Positions 27,522 through 37,283 are shown, counted from the first letter of the stretch. The stretch is DNA of 64,000 bases from Thermoplasmatota archaeon (GCA_023379845.1 JAMCPG010000023.1:6969-70968); one strand, 5' to 3'. Translations and numbers: made by a program. The notes: generated from the letters alone by a model not told the origin.

Positions 27522-28112
27522 TTACATGGTGAGTACTTCATAGGAAAGGGTTGAGTCTTTCTTCGTTGTTATTATAATAGTCTCGTTTGAGCAAGAGATG
27601 AGTTGTATGATATTGACGCCTCTTGAGTAGAGTTTATGCGTAATTCTCATAACAAATCCTGGAGTGGATTCAATCTCTCTTGGCGAAAGCACATGGATCA
27701 TGCTCACGTTTGTCTCCACGCTTACTCCCTGAGCGCTATGCGGTATCCTTGTTTTCATTTCGTCTACAATGTAAACTATGCTGTCCTGCAGAAAAGTTGC
27801 AGAAATGTATTTGATCGAGAGCACAGACTTTGAAGTAACGACGCAAATCTTGTCCTGCAGCGACACTTTGCTCTTCTTCAGCAGCAAGTCAGCATCCTCT
27901 TTCCAGGGCAGTGAGGAACGCCTTTCCAAATGCCTGTTCAGCGCAGCCCGGATTGATATTAAGTTCAGCTCTTTATTTTCGCCCTTGATCAGGAGAGCAA
28001 GCTTGCTCACGTTCACAACTCCCGCTCTCAATGAGAGAAGTATGTCGGGATTTTCTGTCAAATACAAGCTGACCACCCGATCCAGATTGCTTCTTTCCCG
28101 CTTTGTCTTCAC
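27522..28112 (-). CDS. ACT-domain protein (COG2150-like predicted regulator of amino-acid metabolism)
   Basis: The C-terminal segment TPGFVMRITHKLYSRGVNIIQLISCSNETIIIT looks like an aspartokinase-type ACT module. The N-terminal region is a possible HTH. GTG start. Divergent from argG. Confidence 0.55.
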   Translation of the reverse strand: MKTKRERSNLDRVVSLYLTENPDILLSLRAGVVNVSKLALLIKGENKELNLISIRAALNRHLERRSSLPWKEDADLLLKKSKVSLQDKICVVTSKSVLSIKYISATFLQDSIVYIVDEMKTRIPHSAQGVSVETNVSMIHVLSPREIESTPGFVMRITHKLYSRGVNIIQLISCSNETIIITTKKDSTLSYEVLTM

Positions 28113-28226
28113 AGATTGAGAACATCAATATATATTTTAACATTATCTTATGTTTTTTATCAAAAATCATATCATTTTTTACATTTATAATATAGAAGTT
28201 AATATCTAACATTCTAATCGGCCGAC

Positions 28227-29444
28227 ATGAAAGAAAAGGCTCTGCTTCTTTATTCTGGAGGACTCGACACCTCAGTAATGATAAAGTGGCTTCAGGAAGA
28301 GAAAGGCTATGACGTGGTGACCCTCACGCTGGATGTTGGACAAGAGAAGAACGACCTTACGGCGATAAGCCAGAAGGCTGAGTTACTCGGTGCTGTTAAA
28401 TCGATAACACATGACTGTACGAGCAAGTTTGCTGAAACATTCATTTCAATGGGCATCATGAGCAACGGCATGTATTCGGACAAGTACCCATTATCCACGA
28501 GCCTAGCAAGACCGTTGATGGCAGAATTGGCAGTCAGGTATGCACATGAAAATGCATGCGGTGTAATTGTACATGGCTCTACAGGAAAGGGAAATGATCA
28601 GGTGAGATTCGAAGTTTCGATAAAGGCACTGGATGACAGCATAAAGGTCATTGCGCCCGTAAGAGAAATGAACATGAACCGCGAGGAAGAAATCGAGTAC
28701 GCAATACGAAAGGGAATAGATATACCATATGGAGGTAAATATTCAGTGGACGAGAACCTCTGGGGAAGGTCGGTCGAAGGGTCCTTTATCGAGAACATTG
28801 GCAACTCTGTTCCGGTGGATGCATACCGGTGGGTCAAGCCTCTCGATGATGCTACTGACACGCCGGAGGAAGTTGCCATAACTTACGAAAATGGAATTCC
28901 GTCTGCACTCAACGGCAAGAAGATGTCGCTGAAATCCCTTATTATTAAGATAAACAAATTGGCAGGGATGCACGGCATAGGCGCTATTGACATGATTGAG
29001 GACAGGGTAGTTGGAATCAAAAGCCATGAGTTCTATGAATGTCCTGCAGCAATAACAATTATTGAAGGCCACAAGTACCTGGAATCCGCGGTTTTAAGCA
29101 AACGCGAACTCAAGGTCAAGAAATACATAGACGAACAGTTTTCCGAAATGGTTTATGGTGGTTTGTGGCACGACCCACTGATGGGATACATTTGCCAGTT
29201 CGAGCAGACCATGAATGAACCGGTTTCGGGAACTGTCCACTTGAAACTGTACAAGGGTAACATCGTTCATTCTGGGCTTGAAAGTAACAACTCTCTGTAT
29301 GATCATGCAGCATCGACATACGGCAGGGGACAGACATTTGACCAGAAAATGTCTCCGGGATTCATCTATGTGTACGGTGCCTCTACAGTAGCTTCCAGAA
29401 AAATCCGGAATAAACAATTTCAGGAAATAAGCCTGGAAGAGTGA
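28227..29444 (+). CDS. argG: argininosuccinate synthase
   Basis: ATP pyrophosphatase P-loop YSGGLDTS, then GSTGKGNDQVRFE. Typical length of 405 aa. Confidence 0.96.
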   Translation: MKEKALLLYSGGLDTSVMIKWLQEEKGYDVVTLTLDVGQEKNDLTAISQKAELLGAVKSITHDCTSKFAETFISMGIMSNGMYSDKYPLSTSLARPLMAELAVRYAHENACGVIVHGSTGKGNDQVRFEVSIKALDDSIKVIAPVREMNMNREEEIEYAIRKGIDIPYGGKYSVDENLWGRSVEGSFIENIGNSVPVDAYRWVKPLDDATDTPEEVAITYENGIPSALNGKKMSLKSLIIKINKLAGMHGIGAIDMIEDRVVGIKSHEFYECPAAITIIEGHKYLESAVLSKRELKVKKYIDEQFSEMVYGGLWHDPLMGYICQFEQTMNEPVSGTVHLKLYKGNIVHSGLESNNSLYDHAASTYGRGQTFDQKMSPGFIYVYGASTVASRKIRNKQFQEISLEE

Positions 29445-29508
29445 TAAACTGCCAAAGATCTGGGAAGGAGGTAACGCGGAGGTACCAGATGAGGGAATCG
29501 CAGACATA

Positions 29509-30798
29509 ATGTCTTTTGAGGATGTAGCAGTTGACTCAACCATGCTTGACTATGAACTGTTAAGCCTTATCGCCTTTCATTCGGATCTAAAGGATAAAGG
29601 AACAATAAAGGAGGAAGATAGCGACCTGATCCTCTCCGCTCTATACTCACTCTCGGGCAAGAAGGTGCAGATAGATACAGACGAGGAGGATATTCATACT
29701 TTTGTAGAAAACAGGGTACGCGAGATTATAGGAAAGCATGCAGAGAATCTCAGGTTGTTTCTGTCACGAAATGAACAGAGCCAGTGCAATATCAAATCCT
29801 TCTACATAGATCATCTTTTCATTCTCGGGGAATCGATGCTTAAAGGATCTAAAGATTTAACAAAGATTGCCCAAATTTCTGGAGGGAAGATAGCTGGATT
29901 CACTCACTGGAAACAGGCAATGCCGATGTCAATTTCCACATACTATGATTACATGTCAAGGATTCTGCTGGATTTGGTCAAAGATACGATTTTGTTGATA
30001 AGTAAGCTAAGACACAACTCTCCTTTTGGAACCGGATCCGGCTTTGGGAGTTTCTCACCAGCCTCATTCGAATCTATTGCAGCGAAGCTCGGATTTGAAA
30101 ATGGACCAGGAAACCCGGTTGCGACGTCATTTTACAGGGGTTTTGATGATATAGAGCTAATGTCGCTAATTACAAGGATAATGATATTTTATTCACGCAT
30201 CTCGGCTGACCTCATTCTTTACTCTTCTGGCAGTAATGCATGTCTATCCTTGCCGGCAGCGTTCGTAACAGGCAGCTCCCTGATGCCCAATAAGCGTAAC
30301 CCGGACTTTCTTGAAATGATTCAGGGATACACTTCGACATTGATAGGCGATATGGCAGCAACTTCGGGCACAATAGCAAACAGAAATACTGGTTACCACA
30401 GGGAATTTCAGATATCAAAGGATAAAACCACAAGGGATCTTCTCCTTGTCGAAGCCATAACAAAATATCTGATGAAACTTTTAGTTGAGATGAAATTTGA
30501 CGAGGGCAAAGCGGCATCTTTCATAGAGAATGGATCCTATTCTTCGTACGATGCTTACAAGAACTTTGAAAGAACAGGGAAGTGGAAAGAATCATACAGG
30601 CAGACAGGCAACAAGGTGAGATCGGCTGGAAAATTTACGGAGTATGAACCGAAAGCATACGAAAGCGTAGGAACAAAAGAACTCATTGAACAGGGGAAAG
30701 AGCTTCAATTTCTCAAGAAAGAATGGATAGATCCAAGACAAAGGCTAATTGAATATGCAAAATTATTTTTTGATAAAGCAAAAGGCAATACGGAATAG
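29509..30798 (+). CDS. argH: argininosuccinate lyase (5' end unresolved, see findings)
   Basis: Fumarate-lyase signature GSSLMPNKRNP, catalytic-His region FTHWKQAMP, and SRNEQ. Coordinates run from the first in-frame ATG. The homologous N-terminus continues upstream without a canonical start codon. Confidence 0.85.
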   Translation: MSFEDVAVDSTMLDYELLSLIAFHSDLKDKGTIKEEDSDLILSALYSLSGKKVQIDTDEEDIHTFVENRVREIIGKHAENLRLFLSRNEQSQCNIKSFYIDHLFILGESMLKGSKDLTKIAQISGGKIAGFTHWKQAMPMSISTYYDYMSRILLDLVKDTILLISKLRHNSPFGTGSGFGSFSPASFESIAAKLGFENGPGNPVATSFYRGFDDIELMSLITRIMIFYSRISADLILYSSGSNACLSLPAAFVTGSSLMPNKRNPDFLEMIQGYTSTLIGDMAATSGTIANRNTGYHREFQISKDKTTRDLLLVEAITKYLMKLLVEMKFDEGKAASFIENGSYSSYDAYKNFERTGKWKESYRQTGNKVRSAGKFTEYEPKAYESVGTKELIEQGKELQFLKKEWIDPRQRLIEYAKLFFDKAKGNTE

Positions 30799-30833
30799 GC
30801 AAATGCATGTATAGTAGAACAGTACGTTAAGAC

Positions 30834-31658
30834 CTATTCCCATCTGCTGTATAATGACCTATCCAAGCTCCTCGAGTTCTCTTCGAAAACTCTCTTCCAA
30901 TCCAGTACTGCCACTCCCAAAGCTGACCTGAAAGCATTCACAGTAGCGGGACTAAAGCCCTGGAAGTGGTTGTTTGCAAAAACCACAAAATCCTGGATTT
31001 CATCGAGACTTTCTTTAATCCTTTTGGACCAGAATTCTATCTTGGCGCACTGGTCTATTTTTACTTTGCCAAAGTCCATCTCCATTATGGATCTGTCTCC
31101 AACAAGCCGAAGATAAATGCTGTTTGATACCGGCAGCGGTTGGTCCCTGAGGAAAGGGGTTTCGGACCATACAATTACAATTCCCTTCGATTGTATATCT
31201 GATATGGTGGGTTCGCTGAACCATGAATTATCCCTGAATTCAATTGCGTACCGGTATCCCTCTGGTAGCGATCGCATGATTCTATGTAGCTTCTCATTGC
31301 CTGAAGGATACTTAAAATTGGATGGAAACTGGATCAGCACTGGACCCAATTTTTTGCCTAAACCATCAACAGCATCCAGGAATGCCTTGATAGTTGATTC
31401 AACATCATTTGCGGATGGAGCGTGCGTAATCTCCTGTGGAAACTTTGGGCAGAACGTAAAATTGTCTGGTGTTGTCTTATACCACTTTTCGACGGTTTCT
31501 ATGGAGGGTATGCCGTAGAATGTTGAGTCCACTTCGACCGCATCAAATATCTTGGAATACAATTTGAGATAATCTTCCTGCCGGGTGCCCGGAGGATAGA
31601 ATGGTCCAACCCATTGTTTATAGCTCCAGCCTGAACAGCCTATCTTCCGGTAGGGCAT
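30834..31658 (-). CDS. DUF72 (YecE-like) protein
   Basis: IGCSGWSYKQWVGPFYP...LYSKIFDAVEVDSTFYG is the characteristic DUF72 N-terminus. 274 aa. Confidence 0.85.
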   Translation of the reverse strand: MPYRKIGCSGWSYKQWVGPFYPPGTRQEDYLKLYSKIFDAVEVDSTFYGIPSIETVEKWYKTTPDNFTFCPKFPQEITHAPSANDVESTIKAFLDAVDGLGKKLGPVLIQFPSNFKYPSGNEKLHRIMRSLPEGYRYAIEFRDNSWFSEPTISDIQSKGIVIVWSETPFLRDQPLPVSNSIYLRLVGDRSIMEMDFGKVKIDQCAKIEFWSKRIKESLDEIQDFVVFANNHFQGFSPATVNAFRSALGVAVLDWKRVFEENSRSLDRSLYSRWE

Positions 31659-31769
31659 AGGGGAGCCTAATCAAACAAACAAGATAAAGAATTTCTATTT
31701 GAACGGTCTGATCAACGAGCAACACACCACCTATCTCTTTTTAAATATTATGATCGCATTTCTAACTAG

Positions 31770-32138
31770 TTGACGGGAGAAACTCGCACACCTGCACCGA
31801 CCGATTACCTGGCAAATGAACGAACATATCTTGCATGGATCAGAACAGGTATAACAGTCATAGCGCTTGGATTTGTGGTTGCGAAATTTGGCATCATAAT
31901 ACGCGAACTGGTTCCAAATGCTCCGTCCACATCATATCACCTTTCGTCTGAGATAGGAATAGTTCTTGTGATAATAGGTGGGGGAATGCAGCTTCTTGCC
32001 CTAAGGAGCTTTTTCAGGAACAAAAGGAATATAGACATGGGAAAGTACATCCCTTCAACGATACCAGAGGCCCTTGCCGGAGTTCTTGCAGTTGTTATAG
32101 CAATACTGGTCGTTGTATACATGGTCATCACGCTTTAA
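31770..32138 (+). CDS. DUF202 (YidH-like) small membrane protein
   Basis: LANERTYLAWIRTG motif followed by three hydrophobic helices. TTG start, with TTTTTAAATATTA about 27 nt upstream. Confidence 0.7.
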   Translation: MTGETRTPAPTDYLANERTYLAWIRTGITVIALGFVVAKFGIIIRELVPNAPSTSYHLSSEIGIVLVIIGGGMQLLALRSFFRNKRNIDMGKYIPSTIPEALAGVLAVVIAILVVVYMVITL

Positions 32139-32262
32139 AACGTTCATAATCATCTGGAAAGCGCGTTTAATAGAAAGGATGTCCGGATTAACAGGATTAC
32201 CTGACAAGAGAGAAGAGATACAATTCAAAGCTGTTTAGATCATTTTTTAATATAACATTCCT

Positions 32263-33198
32263 ATGCGACGTACCATGCTGTATCATGAGGTTGAAGGTAA
32301 ATTGGATATGGGTCTCAGCATTGCCGTTGATCAAAAACACCCACTCCTGTCTATCATTGGCCGGGATTACCATTCTATACCTCTTAATATTGACGCATTT
32401 GGTGGGCACTCTTTCATAGATCTTTTTCTGGAATCTGGAGCATCGCGACAGATTGAAAGCATAGCTGCAAATTACAAATTGCTCAGGATGGATGGTGTCA
32501 GCATAGTAAGACTGGAGGCGGAGGAAGTTCAAGGAATATCGGCCTTTATGCGTGAGTTGCTTTCACTTAACTCGATTTTCCCAAGCGGACTGTTCCTTGA
32601 AAGTGGGATAATAAAGGCTGATTTCAGGTTTCACCACTCGGAACTTAGAAAGGTCTCTGATATCATTGGGAAAATAATCCCGCTTGAAAGTAACGTAAAG
32701 ATTGTTGACTTGGGAAAGGATAGAGGCGGTATTACAGCCATAAACATGATGAATGAACGGGTAAAACTTTCAGTAGTTTCGTACGAAGTGGAATGGAATC
32801 CAGGTGCAGACTTCGGAAATACCGATAATTTCATGCTCGAAGCAAAATCACTATCTTTCGATGACAAGGAAATTGAAGCCGTAGTTCTTTATGGTTCTTC
32901 TGAAACGAAAAGGAAATTCGGGCGGCCAATTTCAGAAGAAGATGGCGTGTATGTAACAAAAGTTGACTCAGACTTTGTGAAAGATGTATGGATCAAGTGC
33001 AACGAAAGGCACATACCGAGAGGAGCTGTCATTGCAAAACCGGCAAATGGAAAAATGAGAATACATACGTTCCTGCCTTCTTCACTTGTAAACCAATACA
33101 TAGAAATACTCTTCAATACCTCCAGGGACAGATCCAAAAGCGACTTTATTCTCACAGGGTCTAGGGCGTATGACATCTCTATATGGGATACTATATGA
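32263..33198 (+). CDS. hypothetical protein, intact 311-aa member of the family also found (frameshifted) at 24943-25870
   Basis: Long ORF supported by paralogy. The antisense ORF 32197-32532 is rejected. I recognise no known domain. Confidence 0.75.
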   Translation: MRRTMLYHEVEGKLDMGLSIAVDQKHPLLSIIGRDYHSIPLNIDAFGGHSFIDLFLESGASRQIESIAANYKLLRMDGVSIVRLEAEEVQGISAFMRELLSLNSIFPSGLFLESGIIKADFRFHHSELRKVSDIIGKIIPLESNVKIVDLGKDRGGITAINMMNERVKLSVVSYEVEWNPGADFGNTDNFMLEAKSLSFDDKEIEAVVLYGSSETKRKFGRPISEEDGVYVTKVDSDFVKDVWIKCNERHIPRGAVIAKPANGKMRIHTFLPSSLVNQYIEILFNTSRDRSKSDFILTGSRAYDISIWDTI

Positions 33199-33224
33199 TG
33201 AAGACGCCAATTAAATTTTCAGCA

Positions 33225-33680
33225 TCATGGTGACACATCTCTTCTGATAATCATGTATTTCATGCCAAGTCTTCTGGCCATTTCTCCATCTATGTCGTCC
33301 CGGTCTCCGACCACGAATGAGGAGCCAATATCAAGATCAAGGTCCCGGGCTGCCTTAAGCACAAGGCCTGTTCCAGGCTTCCTGCATGGGCATCCCTCAT
33401 CAGGCCTGTGCGGGCAGTGATAGACTGCGTCGACCTTTGCACCACGGCGTTCGAGTTCATTGAGCAGAGCAGTGTTAAATGCTTCATACTGGGCCTCTGA
33501 AAAATATCCTCTTCCAATCCCGGATTGGTTTGTTATTATGACAATAACAAAGCCCTTCTTCCTGAAGTCCTTGATTATATCCACGGCATCATCAAAAATC
33601 CTGAGGTCCTTTGGATCCTTGCAGTAAGGGCAGTCATGGTTTATGGTTCCGTCACGATCTATGAAGAGCGCCTTTTTCAA
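33225..33680 (-). CDS. HAD-IIIA phosphatase of the GmhB / histidinol-phosphatase type
   Basis: HAD motif I FIDRDGTIN, motif II ITNQSG, Zn-binding loop CPHRPDEGCPCRKP, and motif IV VGDRDDID. I prefer the TTG at 33680, which has GGGGTG 5 nt upstream and avoids overlap with the permease, over the TTG at 33749. Confidence 0.8.
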   Translation of the reverse strand: MKKALFIDRDGTINHDCPYCKDPKDLRIFDDAVDIIKDFRKKGFVIVIITNQSGIGRGYFSEAQYEAFNTALLNELERRGAKVDAVYHCPHRPDEGCPCRKPGTGLVLKAARDLDLDIGSSFVVGDRDDIDGEMARRLGMKYMIIRRDVSP

Positions 33681-33699
33681 TTGAACACCCCAATACAGG

Positions 33700-34422
33700 T
33701 CAGTTCTCCCTCCACCTGGTGAAAAACCTGGCAAGGGCGAAGAATACAATGGTTTCCACCACCATTATGGGGATCATTACATACATGATCGGCTCGAAGC
33801 CAAAGAATCCTTGGGCAAGGACTGCGGCTGGTGTCGTCGGCGAAATTGCGAGAATATATATGATATACTTAGGCAGATCAGAATATGGATAGAAAGTTGG
33901 GGGCAGAACGGTAAGAACAACAGACATTATTGCAGATATCCCCCAGACATTCCTGATATGGTTCACTGCCCCGCCAATTGTCATGGAAAGACCAGCGGTG
34001 CTTATGGTCAGGACAAGAAGCAATAGAATTAGTGCAGTTATTGATTCCAGCGTAAATATATGGATCAGCGAACCGATGATGGCGTAGAGTATAATGCCGG
34101 GCATGGAGAAAATCAGGTAGCTCAGTGTGAGCCCAAGTATGTAATCCGTTGGTGATATCGATGTTGCGACAAACAGGTCCTGTATCCTAAGTTGGATCCT
34201 CAGGAATGCAGCATCCGCCACACTTGCAAAGCTGACGGATGCAACCAGGCCAAGAAAGCCGCCAACGACGGCATAACGTATCAATTCCCCATGGCTTATT
34301 ATGTAGATCAGGAATAGAAGGGTTAACGGCGAGCTTAACGATGCAATGACATACGAGGGCCCCCTCTTTATTGTCCTGAAACCATAATACCAGGCAAAAG
34401 CGAGGGAAAACCTAAGGTTCAA
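33700..34422 (-). CDS. ABC-2 type transporter permease
   Basis: 240 aa with 6 hydrophobic segments. Overlaps the upstream ATPase gene by 11 nt. Confidence 0.8.
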   Translation of the reverse strand: MNLRFSLAFAWYYGFRTIKRGPSYVIASLSSPLTLLFLIYIISHGELIRYAVVGGFLGLVASVSFASVADAAFLRIQLRIQDLFVATSISPTDYILGLTLSYLIFSMPGIILYAIIGSLIHIFTLESITALILLLLVLTISTAGLSMTIGGAVNHIRNVWGISAIMSVVLTVLPPTFYPYSDLPKYIIYILAISPTTPAAVLAQGFFGFEPIMYVMIPIMVVETIVFFALARFFTRWREN

Positions 34423-35251
34423 TGTTCACACCCCTGAGGACGAACAGGTCATCAAGCGTTATTCTGCGGACATTGTACCCATTTCTGATATAATCTTCCG
34501 CATCCTCCTGTTTTACATATTTCACGTATGTCCGGCCAATCTGGTAATCCCCAGAATCAGGCCTGAGGCTTTCCACCCTTACCTTGCCCTCGAACCTGTG
34601 AAGGAGGTTTTTTACCGATCCCTTCTCCAGTATTTTGCCGGAATCAACAAGCACAACCTCTTCCGCAAGCTCCTGTGCCTCCTCCATATAGTGGGTTGTC
34701 AGGACAATATTCCCGGAAAGATTCTTTATGGCGGCCCAAACCTCGAATCTTGAAACCGGATCCAGGCCAGTCGTTGGCTCATCCAGAAAAGTTATCTCTG
34801 CATTTGCCGCAAGTGCCATTGCAACAAACACTTTTCTCTTCATACCGCCGGAGAGCGTGTCGGAAGGTTTGTTTCTGGCATCATACATTTCGAGTTCTCT
34901 CAGGGCTTTCAGGGCTTCTTCGTTCGCCTGCAGGACTGAAAAACCTCTTGCTATCAGGTAGAGCTTGAGGTGCTCTATTGGTGTCAAAACACCAAGCGTG
35001 GAAGCCTCCTGCGGGATGCTGACGATCTTTTTTCTTATCTTGTCCGGCTGCTTCATTATGTCGTATCCGGCAACAGTCGCCGTACCGGAGGAGGGCTTGA
35101 GCTGGGTTGAAAGGATACGAAGTAAAGTGGTCTTGCCAGCCCCATTACGCCCTATGAACGAGACCAGTCTTTTATCAATGTCAATAGTGACAGAGTCAAG
35201 CGCCCTCGCTCCATCTTTGTAGGTTTTTGACAGGTTTTTAGTGCTTATCAT
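34412..35251 (-). CDS. ABC transporter ATP-binding protein
   Basis: Walker A GRNGAGKTT, signature LSGGMKRK, Walker B ITFLDEPTTGLD, and H-loop TTHYMEE. Confidence 0.95.
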   Translation of the reverse strand: MISTKNLSKTYKDGARALDSVTIDIDKRLVSFIGRNGAGKTTLLRILSTQLKPSSGTATVAGYDIMKQPDKIRKKIVSIPQEASTLGVLTPIEHLKLYLIARGFSVLQANEEALKALRELEMYDARNKPSDTLSGGMKRKVFVAMALAANAEITFLDEPTTGLDPVSRFEVWAAIKNLSGNIVLTTHYMEEAQELAEEVVLVDSGKILEKGSVKNLLHRFEGKVRVESLRPDSGDYQIGRTYVKYVKQEDAEDYIRNGYNVRRITLDDLFVLRGVNIEP

Positions 35252-35329
35252 CTTGTTGTCCTGATTCCGGGTAACAGGTCTCTTAAATAGAATTTTTTGT
35301 AAATTCTGCCAACAGAACCTTACAGAAAC

Positions 35330-36076
35330 TTAAATCAGGTTTACCAGCAGCCCTACCGTAAAACCCATGAATACGCTAAAATATGCAATCCCAAGCGCAG
35401 AACCACTATTCTTCAGGAAAATTGACCTCAGCATTGGTAGTATTATGTAGAAGATTGCCCCTACGGCCAACCCGTCAAATATTACATTAAAAGAAGGCGA
35501 ACTGAAATAATACCCTGCAGCTCCTCCTATGATGGTGGGTAGCCCCCCAATCATGAATGCCGACGCCAGGATGACCTTGCTTCTATTTGGTGTTCCAAGC
35601 GTCGGTGCTCCTATGGGGAATCCTTCAGTGATGTTCTGTATCGTGAATCCCAGTACGAGCACATAGGTAATCCCTAACAGTCCAATCCGGAAGAGTAAAG
35701 AGCCCAGCACCAACCCCTCTGTCAAATTTTGAAGGCCGATCCCCACGGCAATCAGGATTGAAAGCCTGGCCATCTGTGGCTCCTTTCCAGAGGCCATGCT
35801 GGCAATGTAAAGAAGACCAAATCCCGTTGTCAGTGAAAGAACAAATTCGGCATCATACGGAAGGGATGATCCATATCCATAAAGGGAACCATTGTACATT
35901 ATCGAGGCAGCATCCGAAAATACATCGGCGATCAGGAAAATCAGGATACCTATAGCAAACCCGTTCAGATAAGTAGACATTTTCCTGCTCAATTTTCCAT
36001 GTACCACCAGGGGGTATGAGACGAAAATAGAAAGACCCATAATCGTTGATAAAATAAGGACTACATAGAATTCCAT
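35330..36076 (-). CDS. ZIP-family divalent metal transporter
   Basis: 248 aa, about 8 TM segments. Paired motifs GLQNLTEGLVLG and TIQNITEGFPIG correspond to the ZIP/GufA metal-site helices. Confidence 0.8.
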   Translation of the reverse strand: MEFYVVLILSTIMGLSIFVSYPLVVHGKLSRKMSTYLNGFAIGILIFLIADVFSDAASIMYNGSLYGYGSSLPYDAEFVLSLTTGFGLLYIASMASGKEPQMARLSILIAVGIGLQNLTEGLVLGSLLFRIGLLGITYVLVLGFTIQNITEGFPIGAPTLGTPNRSKVILASAFMIGGLPTIIGGAAGYYFSSPSFNVIFDGLAVGAIFYIILPMLRSIFLKNSGSALGIAYFSVFMGFTVGLLVNLI

Positions 36077-36217
36077 TAAGATGTTATTAGGTGGACCTAA
36101 TTTAAACTTTCGTAGTTATTATGCATACTCTTCATTGAAGGGCAAAGCCACATACCCAATTGAAAAGAAACTTCATGGCCAAGGAAGGATCAGGCTGCCT
36201 GCTTGTACCCATTCAAG

Positions 36218-37153
36218 TCAGAGGGAAAGCTTACCTGGCGTCTTCGGAAATGGATGCGTATCCTCGATTCTTTTGAGACCACATATATATCTGGTCAACC
36301 TCTCTATGCCAATGCCGAAACCCGCGCTCGGTGTAAGACCCTTTGAGGAATAAGCCAAAATCCACTTAAATTGCTCTTCTGATTGCCCCTTCTTTCTTAT
36401 TCTCTCTTTTATCCGATCCTGGAGGAATTCCCTCTCCCCACCGGAAAGACCTTCCCCAAATCCCTCGGGATAGATCAGATCCATGTCTCTTAACACTCCA
36501 GGCTGACTATCACTCTCCATATCGTAAAACTCGCGGTTTTCAAGAGGTATGTCAATAATCCAGAAAGGATCTTTCATCTTGCTCGAGAGCACTGCTTCAA
36601 AGTCCTTACCATACTCTTTTTCGGCATCCAGGAACCTGAATGCCCTGAAGGGTTTCTGAGGAACTTTAAGTTCTCGTCCCAGGATTTTAAGATCCCCGGC
36701 TCTACTCTCTTTTACATGACGGGTAAGACCAACCATAAGGTCCTCGACAAGGGACATCATGTCTTCCCTCGATGCATTGCGCTTCTCAACATCAATCTGG
36801 GTGAACTCCGATAAGTGGCGGCCAGTTTTTTCCTTTTCTGGTGTTTCAAGCCTTATATTCGGGGAAAATGTGAATATTGATCCCAGCTCCTTTGCCAGTA
36901 TCTGCTTGTGAAAAATCATGCTTTTGGTGAGGCCGTACTTCATGCCGTAATAGTCTATTGACGGATCTAGTACCGGGTGATTAAGCGGATCCGTTATTGG
37001 CGAGATTATGACAGGCGGGACTTCAATGAATCCATGCTCCCTGAAAAATTTTCCAAGGTATGCCCTGATCTCACTCTGGATCTCAATTGCTTTCTGCACC
37101 TTCTTGTCTGTAAGATGCTCATGCAGACTCTCCACGACCAACGAATCGTTCAT
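36218..37153 (-). CDS. archaeal asparagine synthetase A-like protein (class II aaRS catalytic core without anticodon-binding domain)
   Basis: 311 aa. Class II motif 2 region FTFSPNIRLE...HLSEFTQID, motif 3 GFGIGIERLTRY. There is no N-terminal OB fold. This matches the AspRS/AsnRS-derived AsnA-type enzymes described in archaea. Confidence 0.75.
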   Translation of the reverse strand: MNDSLVVESLHEHLTDKKVQKAIEIQSEIRAYLGKFFREHGFIEVPPVIISPITDPLNHPVLDPSIDYYGMKYGLTKSMIFHKQILAKELGSIFTFSPNIRLETPEKEKTGRHLSEFTQIDVEKRNASREDMMSLVEDLMVGLTRHVKESRAGDLKILGRELKVPQKPFRAFRFLDAEKEYGKDFEAVLSSKMKDPFWIIDIPLENREFYDMESDSQPGVLRDMDLIYPEGFGEGLSGGEREFLQDRIKERIRKKGQSEEQFKWILAYSSKGLTPSAGFGIGIERLTRYICGLKRIEDTHPFPKTPGKLSL

Positions 37154-37252
37154 GATAACGAATATGAAAATAGGATTTAACTATTAGTCCAATATTTTAG
37201 ACATTTACGTCATATAAATTTAAATTTTTGTCAAATATGAAACATAATGGTA

Positions 37253-37264
37253 AGTTTTATAAGG
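37253..37264 (+). promoter_or_regulatory. TATA-like box for the Lrp/AsnC gene
   Basis: AGTTTTATAAGG, centred about 26 nt upstream of the ATG at 37284. Confidence 0.45.
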
Positions 37265-37283
37265 TAGAACCCGATATTTTGTC

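Noticed and set aside
32197-32532. 111-aa minus-strand ORF overlapping the start of ORF 32263-33198
   Set aside because: The plus-strand ORF is supported by full-length similarity to the 24943-25870 locus. The antisense ORF has no support.
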